Made by a program: the position numbers and the translations under genes
The notes under the pieces: model-generated
Databases searched by the model: none
What the model saw: the letters and a program-made list of their open reading frames with translations, nothing else
What the model was told of the DNA's origin: nothing
Shown: positions 38,162-48,680 of the stretch, in pieces
Numbering within the stretch: the stretch's first letter is position 1
Layout: every line of letters begins with the position of its first letter
NCBI GenBank assembly: GCA_965223845.1
Contig: CBDCXR010000004.1
Location: 6,016,001 to 6,080,000, forward strand
Reading direction: 5' to 3'
Source of the DNA: Planctomycetota bacterium
GTDB taxonomy: Bacteria > Planctomycetota > UBA8108 > SXIK01
DNA length: 64,000 bases

Positions 38162-38887
38162 ATGAGTAAGCACTGGTGGAGGCGACTTTTCCTCGTCCCG
38201 AGCGTACTGGTGCCGCTCGCCGTCGGACTCGGTTCCTTCGCTTGGGGACTCGTCGCCGGCAGCTCCGCCGTCACGACGACCGTTGGGATCGCGGGCGTCG
38301 TCCTCGGAGTGGGAGCGGCGGCCTACCGCGCGATAACGAAGGGCGACCGACTCTCGAAGAAGGCTGAACGAGATGCCGCGGACGAGCGCGCCGAAGGCGA
38401 GCTCGAGGCTTTCGACCGGCTCGAGCACCGTCTCTACAACGACGACGATCCGAACACGACGGCGATGGCGCGCAAGCTGCGCGAGCTCTACGAGCGGATT
38501 CGGAAGGTACCACTGACGAGCTCCGAGACTTCCGCCGAGGTGCGAAAGCGCGCTCTTCGTCTCTGTCTCTCGTGTCGAACTTCGCTCGAGCGCACGGTTG
38601 AGCTCTACGAGGCGAGCGAGCGCATGGCGACCGAGGAGACTCGTGCAGAGACGCTCCGTTCGCGCGAGGAGCTGCTCGGCGAGATCCGTGCGAGCATGGA
38701 GAAGCTCGGCGCGACTCTCGACGAGATCGAGTCGACGCGCCTCGAGAAGCGAGTTCCCGAAAGCGGGAGCGAGGCGCTCGCGCGGGCGCGGCTCGAGCTC
38801 GACGAAGGGCTCGCGGTCGCGCGGCGGGTGGAGGAGCGGATGGAGGAGTTCCATCGTCGCTTCGATCGAACGGCGGGGCGCGAGTAG
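38162..38887 (+). CDS. Hypothetical membrane protein (2 TM segments plus coiled coil)
   Basis: Two N-terminal hydrophobic helices followed by an E/R/L-rich helical region. Confidence 0.75.
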   Translation: MSKHWWRRLFLVPSVLVPLAVGLGSFAWGLVAGSSAVTTTVGIAGVVLGVGAAAYRAITKGDRLSKKAERDAADERAEGELEAFDRLEHRLYNDDDPNTTAMARKLRELYERIRKVPLTSSETSAEVRKRALRLCLSCRTSLERTVELYEASERMATEETRAETLRSREELLGEIRASMEKLGATLDEIESTRLEKRVPESGSEALARARLELDEGLAVARRVEERMEEFHRRFDRTAGRE

Positions 38888-39113
38888 CGCGCGGGGCCGG
38901 TCCGTCGCGATCCGTCCCACGGCCGGCGAGCCGGCAGGCGCGCCGTCCCTCCGATCCTCCGATTCGCTGGCATCGCGCGCTCGGGCCACCAGAATGAGGG
39001 ACGAAAGTTTCGCGAGAATTCCGACGAACCGTGCGCCCGGCTCCGTTCCATCTGACGAAGGCTGAGCACGGAGCGAAGCCTCCCGTCGTTCGAAAGCCCT
39101 TCTGGAGGCCGTC

Positions 39114-39965
39114 ATGCGGACCCTGACAACTCTCTCGCTCGTCCTCGCTCTCCTCTCGGTCGATTCCGGCGCCGTCTTCTCCCAGGACGCGGCCGGTGCG
39201 ACGGGAAGCCGGCGGTCCCGAGCTGTGGTCGACGTCGAGATCGAAGCCGGAACTGTCGTCTCGTACTTCGAGATTCTTCGCGAGCGGTATGCGCTCAATA
39301 TCCTCGTCGATCCGAGTCTCGCGCAGACATCGATCCGCATGCCCGCGGTGCGCCTCCGAAACGTCTCGCCCGAGGCGGTCGCCACGCTTCCGATGGAAAT
39401 CTCCGAGGCCGCCGATCACGGCCTTGAGGTGGTCGAGCACGACAGCATTTTCGTCGCGCGGATTCGAACCCCGGTGAGGCCTTCGCGCCGGCGATCGCAG
39501 CAGGTCGAGAATCGTATCCAGACGGTCGTGAATTCGCTGGCGCCGATGCTCCGGTCGCCGACACCCACGAAAGACGAACTCACGGAAGTCGACAAGCTCC
39601 TCCGTGCGATCGATCAGGCGGTCGAGCTCCTCGGTGCGGAGACGAAGCCGATCATCCGCGTCCATCCCGAATCGAAGATTCTTCTCATGCGCGGGGAACA
39701 AGAACCGCTTCTCTTGGCGTCCGAGGTGATCGAACATTTTCTCTCGCTTCGCGAGGAGTCCACGCTCGACGAGGAGAACCGAAAGCTGCGAGCGGAGATC
39801 GCCACCCTGAAGGCCGATCTCGAGAAATCCCAGCTCCACCTTCTCGAGCTCAATCACATGCTCCAGCTCGAGAAGGAGCGCGTGGCGGCAGCGAAGCAGG
39901 CGGCTGAGGACGCCGCGAAGGCAGCGAGCGAAGCGGTGAAGGCCGCGGCGGGACAGCGCCCCTGA
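39114..39965 (+). CDS. Secreted protein with secretin N-domain-like segments and a C-terminal coiled coil
   Basis: RBS GGAGG; signal peptide; NILVDPSL..VRLRNVS and IRVHPESKILLMRG segments; heptad-rich C-terminus. Confidence 0.65.
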   Translation: MRTLTTLSLVLALLSVDSGAVFSQDAAGATGSRRSRAVVDVEIEAGTVVSYFEILRERYALNILVDPSLAQTSIRMPAVRLRNVSPEAVATLPMEISEAADHGLEVVEHDSIFVARIRTPVRPSRRRSQQVENRIQTVVNSLAPMLRSPTPTKDELTEVDKLLRAIDQAVELLGAETKPIIRVHPESKILLMRGEQEPLLLASEVIEHFLSLREESTLDEENRKLRAEIATLKADLEKSQLHLLELNHMLQLEKERVAAAKQAAEDAAKAASEAVKAAAGQRP

Positions 39966-39972
39966 GGATCTC

Positions 39973-40599
39973 TTGAATCGCTCGCTCGTGAGTGAACTTC
40001 CCCCGGGATCCGGCGCGCGCGGCGCGCGCGCCGGCCGGGGATCTCAACTTTCCGATCGTGACGTGCGCACCGTCACCGCGGCCATTCACCGCGGCGACCG
40101 AGCGGCGTTCGCGCGCTTCTACGACGCGTGGTTCGACGCCGCTTTCGTTCTCGCCCGCACGGTGACGCGGCGCGACGAGTCCTTTTGTCTCGACGTAGTG
40201 CAATCGGTGATGATGAAAGTCGTCGACTCTCTCCCGCGGCTCGACTCAGCCGCGAGCCTTCGCCAGTGGATGGCGCGCGTCATTCACAACGCCGCGATCG
40301 ATCGCATCCGGGCCGAGACGCGTCGAGCCGAGCGCGAGCGCGAAGCCGCGACGGAGCGACCGGATCGCGACGCGGCGGATCCCCGGGGGGATTTGATCCT
40401 CGCCGAGGATCTCGAGTGGGTGCGGAGGCGCGTCGCCGAGTTGCCCGAGGCGGAGCGAGCGCTCGTCGAGTATCGCTTCGGGGATGGATTGACACTAGCC
40501 GAGACCGGACGGATCCTCGGGATGACGGGAAACTCGGTTCACAGCAAGCTCCGCGGCATCCTCGCGAAGCTGCGCTGGAAGGCAGGAGAAGGAAAGTGA
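39973..40599 (+). CDS. ECF-type RNA polymerase sigma-70 factor
   Basis: GDRAAFARFY, DVVQSV, LRQWMARVIHNAAIDRIR and LPEAER...GLTLAETGRILG..GNSVHSKL. Start is uncertain. Confidence 0.9.
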   Translation: MNRSLVSELPPGSGARGARAGRGSQLSDRDVRTVTAAIHRGDRAAFARFYDAWFDAAFVLARTVTRRDESFCLDVVQSVMMKVVDSLPRLDSAASLRQWMARVIHNAAIDRIRAETRRAEREREAATERPDRDAADPRGDLILAEDLEWVRRRVAELPEAERALVEYRFGDGLTLAETGRILGMTGNSVHSKLRGILAKLRWKAGEGK

Positions 40600-41057
40600 A
40601 CGCACCGGATCCTCGCTCGATTCGCTTGTCTCCCACCGGCGCGACGCGGCGGGAGTCCATGCGCTCGGAGCTCCTAGGACGCGTCGACCGGCGTCGGCGC
40701 CGACGCTCGGCGATGCGGGCGACGGCTTTGATCGCCGTCGTCGCGATGGCGGGTTTTGGGATGTGGCGCGGCTTCGATCGTCTCTCCGGTCCGGCCGCCG
40801 ACACGGACGGGCGTGTCGAGCTCGTCGGAGGCGATTCATCGAGCGAGGAGTCGATCACCGCGCTGGCGCCGCCCTTCGGACACTACGAGCACGTCGACGT
40901 CGAGATCATTACGAGCGATGACCCCGCGCCGCGCGAGGATCGGTACGCAAGCGACGACGAGCTGCTCGCTCTCCTTCACGAATCGGGGCACGCGGCTGGA
41001 CTCATCCGAATCGGCAACCGGGTGATCGTCGAAGGGATCGACGAGCTCGTGAAGTAG
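40596..41057 (+). CDS. Single-pass membrane protein, putative anti-sigma factor
   Basis: GTG overlaps the sigma stop (GTGA) with a GGAG RBS; poly-Arg followed by TM helix ATALIAVVAMAGFGMW (3' part of ORF 40128..41057). Confidence 0.65.
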   Translation: MNAPDPRSIRLSPTGATRRESMRSELLGRVDRRRRRRSAMRATALIAVVAMAGFGMWRGFDRLSGPAADTDGRVELVGGDSSSEESITALAPPFGHYEHVDVEIITSDDPAPREDRYASDDELLALLHESGHAAGLIRIGNRVIVEGIDELVK

Positions 41058-41078
41058 GATCGGGATCGTCGCTCCCGA

Positions 41079-42920
41079 TCACGCCTGGTGGAGCGTGATC
41101 TGCTGGAACGGAATCCCCCAGCCGTGCTCGTTGCAGGCTTCTACCGCGATTCGCGCGAGCGCTCGCTCGACGCGCTCGTAGTACTTCGCCGCCGCGCCGT
41201 CGAGGTCCGCCTCGATTTCGTAGTCGAGTGAGGAAGCCGCGGCTTCGAGAAACGTCACCTGCACCTTCTGGATGTGCTCGGACGGAACGACGTCCGGGAG
41301 CTCGCGCTCGATCCGCTCGAGAAAGATCCGCGGGATTTCGTCCGTGCACTCGGCCTGGTGGGCGTAGTCGATGCCAAACCGGATCTCGACGCGATAGCCC
41401 TTCGAGATGTTCTGCGGCGCGGCAGCGAGGAACTCCGCGGTCGGATAGTTCTTCTCTGCTCCCCCGGGAAGCCGAACCTCGACCATCTCGGGCGTCTGCT
41501 TGATCACCTTGGCGCGCGTTTCGTCTTCGAGCAGCACCCAGTCCCCCTCGTTCGTCGGAAACCACGGCTCGTTCTCCGCCATCGGTCGCGAGTGAAGGCC
41601 GATGAGATGCCGAAGCGGGAGGCGAAGACGTCCGCCGGCCAGCGCTGGATTGACGAGTCGGGAGTAGAAGAGAAGCGTGTCGATCTGCCACGGCACGCCC
41701 TCGAACACGAGCCGCTCGCCTTCGCGGACCGACCCGAGGTTGAGGAGAAGCCGGACCTGTTCAAAGAACTGGGGGAGCATCCGCGTCGATGCCCAGCCGA
41801 CGCCCGCGAGGAAGAGAATCACGATGAGAAGGAGGGTCCAGTCTCCCATCGCCGCGAGCGCGATCATCACCGCGCCGATCGACGCGACGAAGGTGAGGAG
41901 ATAGAAGACGACGTTGAGAGCGCGAAACGGAAACGTCCGGTGGCGCTCGCGGAGTGGCCGGATCACGGTGCGGTGGACGAAGCGAAATGCGAGGAATACG
42001 ACGAGGAACGCCCCGATCGCAACCGCGAGATTGAGCCCCTTCTTGCGGAAGAACTGATCGATCGTATCGCGCGCGGTGTCGATCATGCTCGTTTCTTCCT
42101 TTCGCTCGATGAGCCGAGCGAGCTCACCCTGTGCGACGTCGCGGCCGCGACGAACCTGATCGAGACGCTTTTGCCACGATTCGCGCGCTCCTTCGAGGTG
42201 AGGGCGGAGGCCGGGCGCTGCGTTGTCGTGCAGCTCGTTCACGCCGGCGAGCGCGCGCGTCGCCTGGTCCTCGAGGCTCGTGAACCGCTCGATCGTTTCC
42301 TCGAGCGAGTGCTGGAGGCGGACGTCTTTCGTCGCGCCCTTCAGCTGGCGGATGAGCGGAGTGAGGAGGCTCTCGAGCTCGCCTTGGAGGTTGGCCTCGG
42401 ATTCTTTCGTTTCGTCCGAGAATTCACCCGCGTCGATGCCGAGGGCCGCGATTTTCTCGAAGCGCAGATCGAGCTCGTCGATCTCGAGTCGAATCGACTT
42501 CAGCGCCTCGCCGATTTCGGTGCGCTCTTGCGGAGTCGTTGCGGACGAGAGCTCCGCGCGCCTCTCGTCGAGCTCCTCGCGTTTCAGGCGAAGCTCTTCG
42601 ACGAGGGCCTCGAGCGAGGAGAAGGTCGCCTGTCGAATCTCCGCTTTCCGTGCACTTTCTGCGTCGGTCCCGTCGTTTGTCGGTGGAGATGGCGGGTCGG
42701 GCTCGTTCGGGGTCGACGCGTTCGCCGCAGCCGCCTCGGGCGCCTCGTTCGGCGCCTGCGCGCTGGCGAACGACGGCGCGAGCGTGAGCGCGAGCGCGAG
42801 CGCCGGTGCGAGAGCGAGCGGCGGGAGCCGTCGACATCCCGGTGCCGCCGACTCAAGGGACCCGAACGAGGCGGGGGCGGGAGACTTCGACGTCGACGAG
42901 ATTCGATCGTGATCCGGCAT
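41079..42920 (-). CDS. MscS-family mechanosensitive channel-like protein with a long periplasmic coiled coil
   Basis: The real gene is the 3' part of ORF 41079..44987. Signal peptide, coiled coil, 3 TM helices, NLGSVREGER, FGIDYAHQ, AAASSLDY and WGIPFQQITLH. Confidence 0.82.
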   Translation of the reverse strand: MPDHDRISSTSKSPAPASFGSLESAAPGCRRLPPLALAPALALALTLAPSFASAQAPNEAPEAAAANASTPNEPDPPSPPTNDGTDAESARKAEIRQATFSSLEALVEELRLKREELDERRAELSSATTPQERTEIGEALKSIRLEIDELDLRFEKIAALGIDAGEFSDETKESEANLQGELESLLTPLIRQLKGATKDVRLQHSLEETIERFTSLEDQATRALAGVNELHDNAAPGLRPHLEGARESWQKRLDQVRRGRDVAQGELARLIERKEETSMIDTARDTIDQFFRKKGLNLAVAIGAFLVVFLAFRFVHRTVIRPLRERHRTFPFRALNVVFYLLTFVASIGAVMIALAAMGDWTLLLIVILFLAGVGWASTRMLPQFFEQVRLLLNLGSVREGERLVFEGVPWQIDTLLFYSRLVNPALAGGRLRLPLRHLIGLHSRPMAENEPWFPTNEGDWVLLEDETRAKVIKQTPEMVEVRLPGGAEKNYPTAEFLAAAPQNISKGYRVEIRFGIDYAHQAECTDEIPRIFLERIERELPDVVPSEHIQKVQVTFLEAAASSLDYEIEADLDGAAAKYYERVERALARIAVEACNEHGWGIPFQQITLHQA

Positions 42921-43133
42921 GACGAATGATCCTGGGCTTCGAGGGAGCGACGAGAAGTACGGGCCCCGGAGGCCGAAAGAGTAGCGCGGGACTCTCTCCC
43001 GAATCCACCCCTGGCTCCGCGTCTTCGGTTCGCACCCAGAGCCGTGGTACTCTGGGCCGTCGATCATCGCGGGCGACCTCCGTCGTTCCCGCGCCACTTC
43101 TTCGCCGCAAGCTTCTCCCGGAAAGCTCCGTCC

Positions 43134-44900
43134 ATGAAAGCTCCTCTGCGCGCCTCCGTACTGACGACTCTCTTTCTCGCCGGCGCTTCCGCCTGCGCGG
43201 CCACACCCGACGAGAAGTTCGCCTCGCTCGGGAAGCGCTACCTCGACGAGTTCACTCGACTCTCGCCGGTCTCGGCGACGCTGCTCGGCGACCATCGCTA
43301 CGACGGCGAGCTGAATCAAGTCTCTCCCGAGACGCGCGCTGCGTCGGTCGCATTCTCGCGCGAGTACCTCGAGGAGCTTCGGGCGATTCCGCGCGCCGAG
43401 CTCTCTCGGGCCCACCAGATCGACGCGGCGCTTCTCGAGCACGACCTCGAATCGACGATTTGGCGGCTCGAGCGCCTGCGTGAGTGGGAGTGGAATCCAC
43501 TTCGCTACACGTCGCTCGCGGGGAACGCGGTCTACGGCCTCGTCGCCCGAGCTTTCGCTCCGCTCGAAGAACGTCTCGCAAACGTCGCCGTACGCCTCGA
43601 GAAGTTCCCGCGTCTCTTCGAGCAGATTCGCGCCACCCTCATCCCGGAGCGCGTCCCGAAGATCCACGCTGAAACCGCCGTGAAGCAGAACCGAGGCGTC
43701 CTCAGCATCCTCTCGAACATGGTCGAGCCGGAGCTCGGCGCGGTCTCGGAGGCTCTCCGTGCTCGCTTGACGACTGCGATCGCGACGGCGCGCGATGCCG
43801 TCGAGAAGCACCAGAAGTGGCTCGAGGACGAAGTGGTGCCGAAGGCCGCCGGTGAGTTTCGGATCGGCGCCGAGCTCTACGACGAGAAGCTTGCGTTCAC
43901 CCTCAACTCGCCGCTTTCGCGGAAGGAGATTCGCGAGCGCGCCGAGAGCGAGCTCGCGCGAGTGCGCGCCGAGATGTACGAAATCTCGAAGATCGCCTAC
44001 AAGAAAGCCCACCCCTACACCGAGTTTCCCGAGCGCCCGTCCGCCGAGTACCGCCAGGCGCTCATCCGTTCCGCGCTCGAGATGGCCTACGCGGAGAAAC
44101 CCGATCGGAACCGCATCGTCGAGACCGCGAAAGAGTCGCTCGCACTCATCGAGGAATTCGTCCGCGAGCGCGATCTGATCACGCTCCTCCCCGATCCGAT
44201 CGAGATCATCGTCATGCCCGAGTTTCGTCGCGGCGTCTCGCTCGCTTACTGCGACTCCCCGGGACCGCTCGACGTCGGGCAGAAGACGTTCTACGCGGTG
44301 GCTCCGCTTCCGAAGGACTGGACGGAGACGCAGGTCCAGTCCTTTCTGCGCGAGTACAATCTCCGCTCGCTCCACGATCTGACGATCCACGAAGCGATCC
44401 CTGGTCACTACCTTCAGCTCGCGCGATCGAACCGCTACCCGTCCGTGCTCCGAGCGGTCCTCTCTTCCGGCCCGTTCATCGAGGGTTGGGCCGTCTACAC
44501 CGAACAGATGATGGCGGACGAAGGCTTTCTCGGTGGCGATCCGCTCATGAAGCTCATCGCGCGCAAGTGGTATCTCCGCGGGATCGCGAACGCTCTCATC
44601 GACCAGGCCATCCACACGGGCGGGATGACTCGCGACGAAGCGATGAAGGTGATGGTCGAAGACACCTTTCAGGAGGAGCGAGAAGCCGCCGCGAAGTGGG
44701 TGCGGGCGCAGCTCACGTCGACTCAACTCGCGACCTACTTCGTCGGCTACCTCGAGCACGTCGACCTTCGACGGGAGGTCGAAGCCGCTTGGGGTGAAGA
44801 GTTCGCGCTCAAGAAGTATCACGACACGGTGATCTCGTTCGGCTCGCCGCCCGTCAAGTACGTCCGGGCCTTGATGCTCGATCTCGAGATTCCGCGGTGA
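43134..44900 (+). CDS. DUF885 domain protein (secreted, HExxxxH metallopeptidase-like)
   Basis: Signal peptide; SPVSATLLGDHRYDG, HEAIPGHYLQ, FIEGWAVYTE and FALKKYHDTVISFGSPP. Confidence 0.92.
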   Translation: MKAPLRASVLTTLFLAGASACAATPDEKFASLGKRYLDEFTRLSPVSATLLGDHRYDGELNQVSPETRAASVAFSREYLEELRAIPRAELSRAHQIDAALLEHDLESTIWRLERLREWEWNPLRYTSLAGNAVYGLVARAFAPLEERLANVAVRLEKFPRLFEQIRATLIPERVPKIHAETAVKQNRGVLSILSNMVEPELGAVSEALRARLTTAIATARDAVEKHQKWLEDEVVPKAAGEFRIGAELYDEKLAFTLNSPLSRKEIRERAESELARVRAEMYEISKIAYKKAHPYTEFPERPSAEYRQALIRSALEMAYAEKPDRNRIVETAKESLALIEEFVRERDLITLLPDPIEIIVMPEFRRGVSLAYCDSPGPLDVGQKTFYAVAPLPKDWTETQVQSFLREYNLRSLHDLTIHEAIPGHYLQLARSNRYPSVLRAVLSSGPFIEGWAVYTEQMMADEGFLGGDPLMKLIARKWYLRGIANALIDQAIHTGGMTRDEAMKVMVEDTFQEEREAAAKWVRAQLTSTQLATYFVGYLEHVDLRREVEAAWGEEFALKKYHDTVISFGSPPVKYVRALMLDLEIPR

Positions 44901-45003
44901 CGGCGGACTTGCGGGCGCGCGTCCCAAAACGCCTCTGTTGTCGTTGACCGGATTCTGCCGCGGCGCGTACGCTGAACGGTCGTTCACCGGCGGATGCGGA
45001 GCG

Positions 45004-47184
45004 ATGACGAGAGCGCGCGGACGATTCGAGTCGAGGGGATGGGGCGCCGTATGGGCGTTCGTCTTCGTCGTGACATCGTCCTCTCGCGGGGAGGAGGCCG
45101 AGGCGAAGCCCGCCGCGTCCGGGAAGTGGCCCTACCACGCCGTCGCGTCGATCGAGGTGCCACGCGTCGATGCGGCGCAGTGGTCGAGGCGCGCCGTCGA
45201 CGCGTTCGTTTACGCGAAGCTGAGCGCGAGCGGTCTCACTCCCGCCGCCGAGATCGATCGGCGGACGTGGATTCGGCGCGTCACCTTCGATCTCACCGGT
45301 CTTCCCGTTTCCATTGCGGATCTCGAAGCGTTTCTTGGGGATCCGTCGTCCGACGCCGTCGCGCGTGAAAAAGTCGCGGATCGCCTTCTCGGATCGCCGG
45401 AATACGGCGACCACCTCGCGAGCATGTGGCTCGACGTCGCGCGTTACGCCGATTCCGACGGCTACGCGATCGACGGCGAGCGGCCGACGCTGTGGCGCTA
45501 CCGCGACTACGTGATTCGTTCGTTCAACGAAGACCGTCCTTTCGATGAGTTCGTGCGGGAGCAGATCGCGGGCGACGTCCTGCGAAGTTCCGAGCGAAGC
45601 TCGCGCGGGTTGGTGGCGGCCGGCTTCCTCCGCCTCGGTCCGTGGGAAGCCGACAACATGGTGGCGGAAGACCGCCGCCAGGATTATCTCGACGAAGTGA
45701 CGACCGCGACGGGAACGGCGTTTCTCGGGCTCACGGTCGGTTGCGCGCGTTGTCACGATCACAAGTACGATCCGGTGAGCGCCGAGGATTACTATTCGCT
45801 TCAGGCGTTCTTCGCGAACGCGCAGCGAACCGATCGCTCGGCGGAATTCGATCCCGACGAGATCGAAGGCAGCGTCGAATCCCGCCGCGCGGCCGTCGAA
45901 GAGGAGGCGAAGCGGCGCGCCTCGCAACTCGCGGAGTTTCGGCTCCGTCTTAAAAAGAAGGTCGCCGCGGCGCTCGAGAAGCAGCCGGAGGAGATCGCCG
46001 ACGCGGAGCTCGCGCGCGAGCCCGCTGCGGGGATGATTTCCGCCGAGGAGAAGAAGAAGCTCGGCGAGCTCGAAGCGTCGGTGAAAAACTACGTCGACGA
46101 CGATCGCTTCGGCGCGGTCGCGTGCTCGGTCACCGAAGACTCGAAGAAGGATCGGAAGCGGACCGCGATCCTCATCGGCGGCGATCTCGCGCGGCGCGGA
46201 AAAGAGGTCGAGCCGGCGGTCCCGACTTGGCTCGCGGCGGCCGCGTTCGAGTCGCCCCGCGCCGAAGCGCCCCCGCGAGCTCGGCTCGCCGAGTGGCTCG
46301 CGGTGAATCCGCTCGCCGCGCGTGTCTTCGTGAATCGACTTTGGCAGCAGGTCTTCGGTCGCGGCATCGTCGCGACTCCGAATGACTTCGGCCTCAATGG
46401 CGCGGGAGCGAGCCACCCGGAGCTCCTCGAACATCTGACGGCGAGATTCGTCGCCGGCGGACGCCGCGCGAAGCCGATCCTCCGCGAGCTCGTCCTCAGT
46501 CGAACCTACCGTCTCGCGACGACGCACCCGAACGGCGCACGCTGCGCGGAAGTCGATCCGGAGAATCGGCTCCTCTGGCGCGCGAACTACCGCCGGCTGA
46601 GCGCCGAGGAGCTGCGCGACGCGATCCTCTTCGTCTCGGGAAGACTTCGATTCGAGCGCGGAGGACCGGGATTCTTGAGCGCGCTTCCTCCGGAGCTCGG
46701 CTCGGCGTTCCCCTTCTTCAATTGGCAGCCCTCGAGCGAAAACGACCGACGGCGGCGGAGCGTCTTCCACTTCCAGCGCCGGAATCTTCTACCGCCTTTC
46801 TTCGAGGCCTTCGACGCGTGCGATCGCTCCGCGTCGACGGGTCGGCGGAGCGCTTCGGTCATCACGCCCCAGGCGCTCAGTCTCCTCAACGGATCGCTCA
46901 CGCAGGACGCCAGTCGCGCGCTCGCGCGGCGAGTGCGCGACGAGGGTGGATCCGAGCTCGAGGGTCGTCTCGATCGGATGTTTCTCCTCGCATTCGCGCG
47001 CCGACCCGCGCGCGAAGAAATCGCGGTATGTCGCGAGTTCCTCGCCGCACAAGCGACGCGGTACAAAGGCGAGGCGGAAGCAGTAGCCCGGTCTGAAGCT
47101 CAGCCCCTCTCGCCCCGCGACCGAGCGTGGGTCGATCTTGCGCACGTCGTTCTGAACGCCAACGAGTTTCTTTACCTCGAGTGA
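45004..47184 (+). CDS. DUF1549/DUF1553 (PSCyt2/PSD1) planctomycete domain protein
   Basis: RRVTFDLTGLP, WLDVARYADSDG, GCARCHDHKYDP, RVFVNRLWQ, SHPELLEHL and NANEFLYLE. Confidence 0.93.
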   Translation: MTRARGRFESRGWGAVWAFVFVVTSSSRGEEAEAKPAASGKWPYHAVASIEVPRVDAAQWSRRAVDAFVYAKLSASGLTPAAEIDRRTWIRRVTFDLTGLPVSIADLEAFLGDPSSDAVAREKVADRLLGSPEYGDHLASMWLDVARYADSDGYAIDGERPTLWRYRDYVIRSFNEDRPFDEFVREQIAGDVLRSSERSSRGLVAAGFLRLGPWEADNMVAEDRRQDYLDEVTTATGTAFLGLTVGCARCHDHKYDPVSAEDYYSLQAFFANAQRTDRSAEFDPDEIEGSVESRRAAVEEEAKRRASQLAEFRLRLKKKVAAALEKQPEEIADAELAREPAAGMISAEEKKKLGELEASVKNYVDDDRFGAVACSVTEDSKKDRKRTAILIGGDLARRGKEVEPAVPTWLAAAAFESPRAEAPPRARLAEWLAVNPLAARVFVNRLWQQVFGRGIVATPNDFGLNGAGASHPELLEHLTARFVAGGRRAKPILRELVLSRTYRLATTHPNGARCAEVDPENRLLWRANYRRLSAEELRDAILFVSGRLRFERGGPGFLSALPPELGSAFPFFNWQPSSENDRRRRSVFHFQRRNLLPPFFEAFDACDRSASTGRRSASVITPQALSLLNGSLTQDASRALARRVRDEGGSELEGRLDRMFLLAFARRPAREEIAVCREFLAAQATRYKGEAEAVARSEAQPLSPRDRAWVDLAHVVLNANEFLYLE

Positions 47185-47192
47185 GGACCGCG

Positions 47193-48614
47193 ATGGGATC
47201 GCCGACGCCGGCGCCGCACCGATCCGGCCGCCGCGAAGTTCTCTATCAGCTCGGATCGGGACTAGGCGCGGTTGCGCTGAGCTCGCTTCTGGCCGAGCGT
47301 CGAGCCGTCGCCGCGTCGTCGACCGGCGCGCTCGCTCCGCGCGTCGGCCACTACTCGGGACGGGCCCGGAGCTGCATCTTTCTTCTCATGGAAGGCGGCC
47401 CGAGCCAGATGGACACCTTCGATCCGAAGCCGGAGCTCGAGCGACTCGACGGAAAGCTCATGGAGCGCGATCTCGTCTTTCAGTCGAACCAGACGCGCGG
47501 TGAGCGATTCTTCGTGCGGAGTCCGTTTCGCTTCGAGCGCTACGGCGAGCGTGGGATGCCCGTCTCGGAGCTGTTTCGCGAAACGGCCGCGTGTGTCGAC
47601 GACATGGCGTTCGTGCGCTCGGTCCACTGCGAGAGCGACAATCACCCCGCGGCACTCAATCAGTACACGACGGGGCAGCAGATGCCGGGGAGCCCGTCGG
47701 TCGGGGCATGGGTCGTCTACGGGCTCGGGAGCGAGAACGAGAATCTTCCGGCCTACGTCGTCCTCCGCGACGGCCGTCCCTTCGGCGGAACGACGAGCTG
47801 GGGGAGCGGCTACCTGCCCGCGCACTTTCAAGGAACGCAGCTTCGGAGCGGTGCGCGACCCGTTCTCGATCTCGACTTGCCGAACGGAGTGTCGCGGAGC
47901 GATCGCCGCTCGAGCCTCGACCTCCTCCGCCGTCTGAACGAGATGCATCTCACGCGCCAGCCGGCGAACGACGCGCTCTCGGCGCGCATCGATGCGTACG
48001 AACTCGCGTTCCGCATGCAGATGGAGGTGCCCGGTGTCGTCGATCTCGCGCGCGAATCCGCGGCGACGAAGACGCTCTACGGTCTCGACGACAAGGCGAC
48101 GAAATCATTCGGTGAACGCTGTCTCCTCGCGCGACGGTTCGTCGAGCGTGGAGTGCGATTCGTCCAGGTGTGGGCCGGCGGCTGGGACTCGCACGACGAC
48201 GTCCTCGGCGGGCACCGAAACGCTGCTCGGCGCGTCGATCGACCGATCGCGGGGCTCCTCACCGATCTCAAGCAGCGCGGGCTTCTCGACGAGACTCTCG
48301 TCGTCTGGGGCGGAGAGTTCGGCCGAACACCGGACACGCGGAAGCAGAGCCTCAAGCGTCCCGGGCGCGACCACAACCCCGGCGCGATGACGATGTGGTT
48401 CGCCGGCGGCGGCGCGGCGGGCGGGAGTGTCGTCGGCGCGACGGACGAGACCGGGAACCGCGCCGTCGAGTCACCGCACCATCTGCGCGACGTTCACGCG
48501 ACGATTCTCCATTTCCTCGGCCTCGACGATTTCGATCTCACCTACTACCACGGCGGTCGTTTTCAGCGACTCACCGACACGGGCGGAGATGTGATCGAGG
48601 GGATCACCTCCTGA
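47193..48614 (+). CDS. DUF1501 domain protein
   Basis: Tat-like GRREVL; EGGPSQMDTFDPKP, GSENENLPAYV, YELAFRMQ, GWDSH, WGGEFGRTP and GRDHNP. Confidence 0.93.
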   Translation: MGSPTPAPHRSGRREVLYQLGSGLGAVALSSLLAERRAVAASSTGALAPRVGHYSGRARSCIFLLMEGGPSQMDTFDPKPELERLDGKLMERDLVFQSNQTRGERFFVRSPFRFERYGERGMPVSELFRETAACVDDMAFVRSVHCESDNHPAALNQYTTGQQMPGSPSVGAWVVYGLGSENENLPAYVVLRDGRPFGGTTSWGSGYLPAHFQGTQLRSGARPVLDLDLPNGVSRSDRRSSLDLLRRLNEMHLTRQPANDALSARIDAYELAFRMQMEVPGVVDLARESAATKTLYGLDDKATKSFGERCLLARRFVERGVRFVQVWAGGWDSHDDVLGGHRNAARRVDRPIAGLLTDLKQRGLLDETLVVWGGEFGRTPDTRKQSLKRPGRDHNPGAMTMWFAGGGAAGGSVVGATDETGNRAVESPHHLRDVHATILHFLGLDDFDLTYYHGGRFQRLTDTGGDVIEGITS

Positions 48615-48680
48615 CGTGGCCGGCGCGCTCGTTCGCGCGGCGGCGTTTCCTCCCGTCGCTTTCGCCGTCGGCTGATTCGC

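Noticed and set aside
42921-44987. Apparent 1302-aa giant MscS fusion (ORF 41079..44987)
   Set aside because: The N-terminal ~690 aa are the antisense of the DUF885 gene. A signal peptide follows ATG 42920, which is the plausible start.
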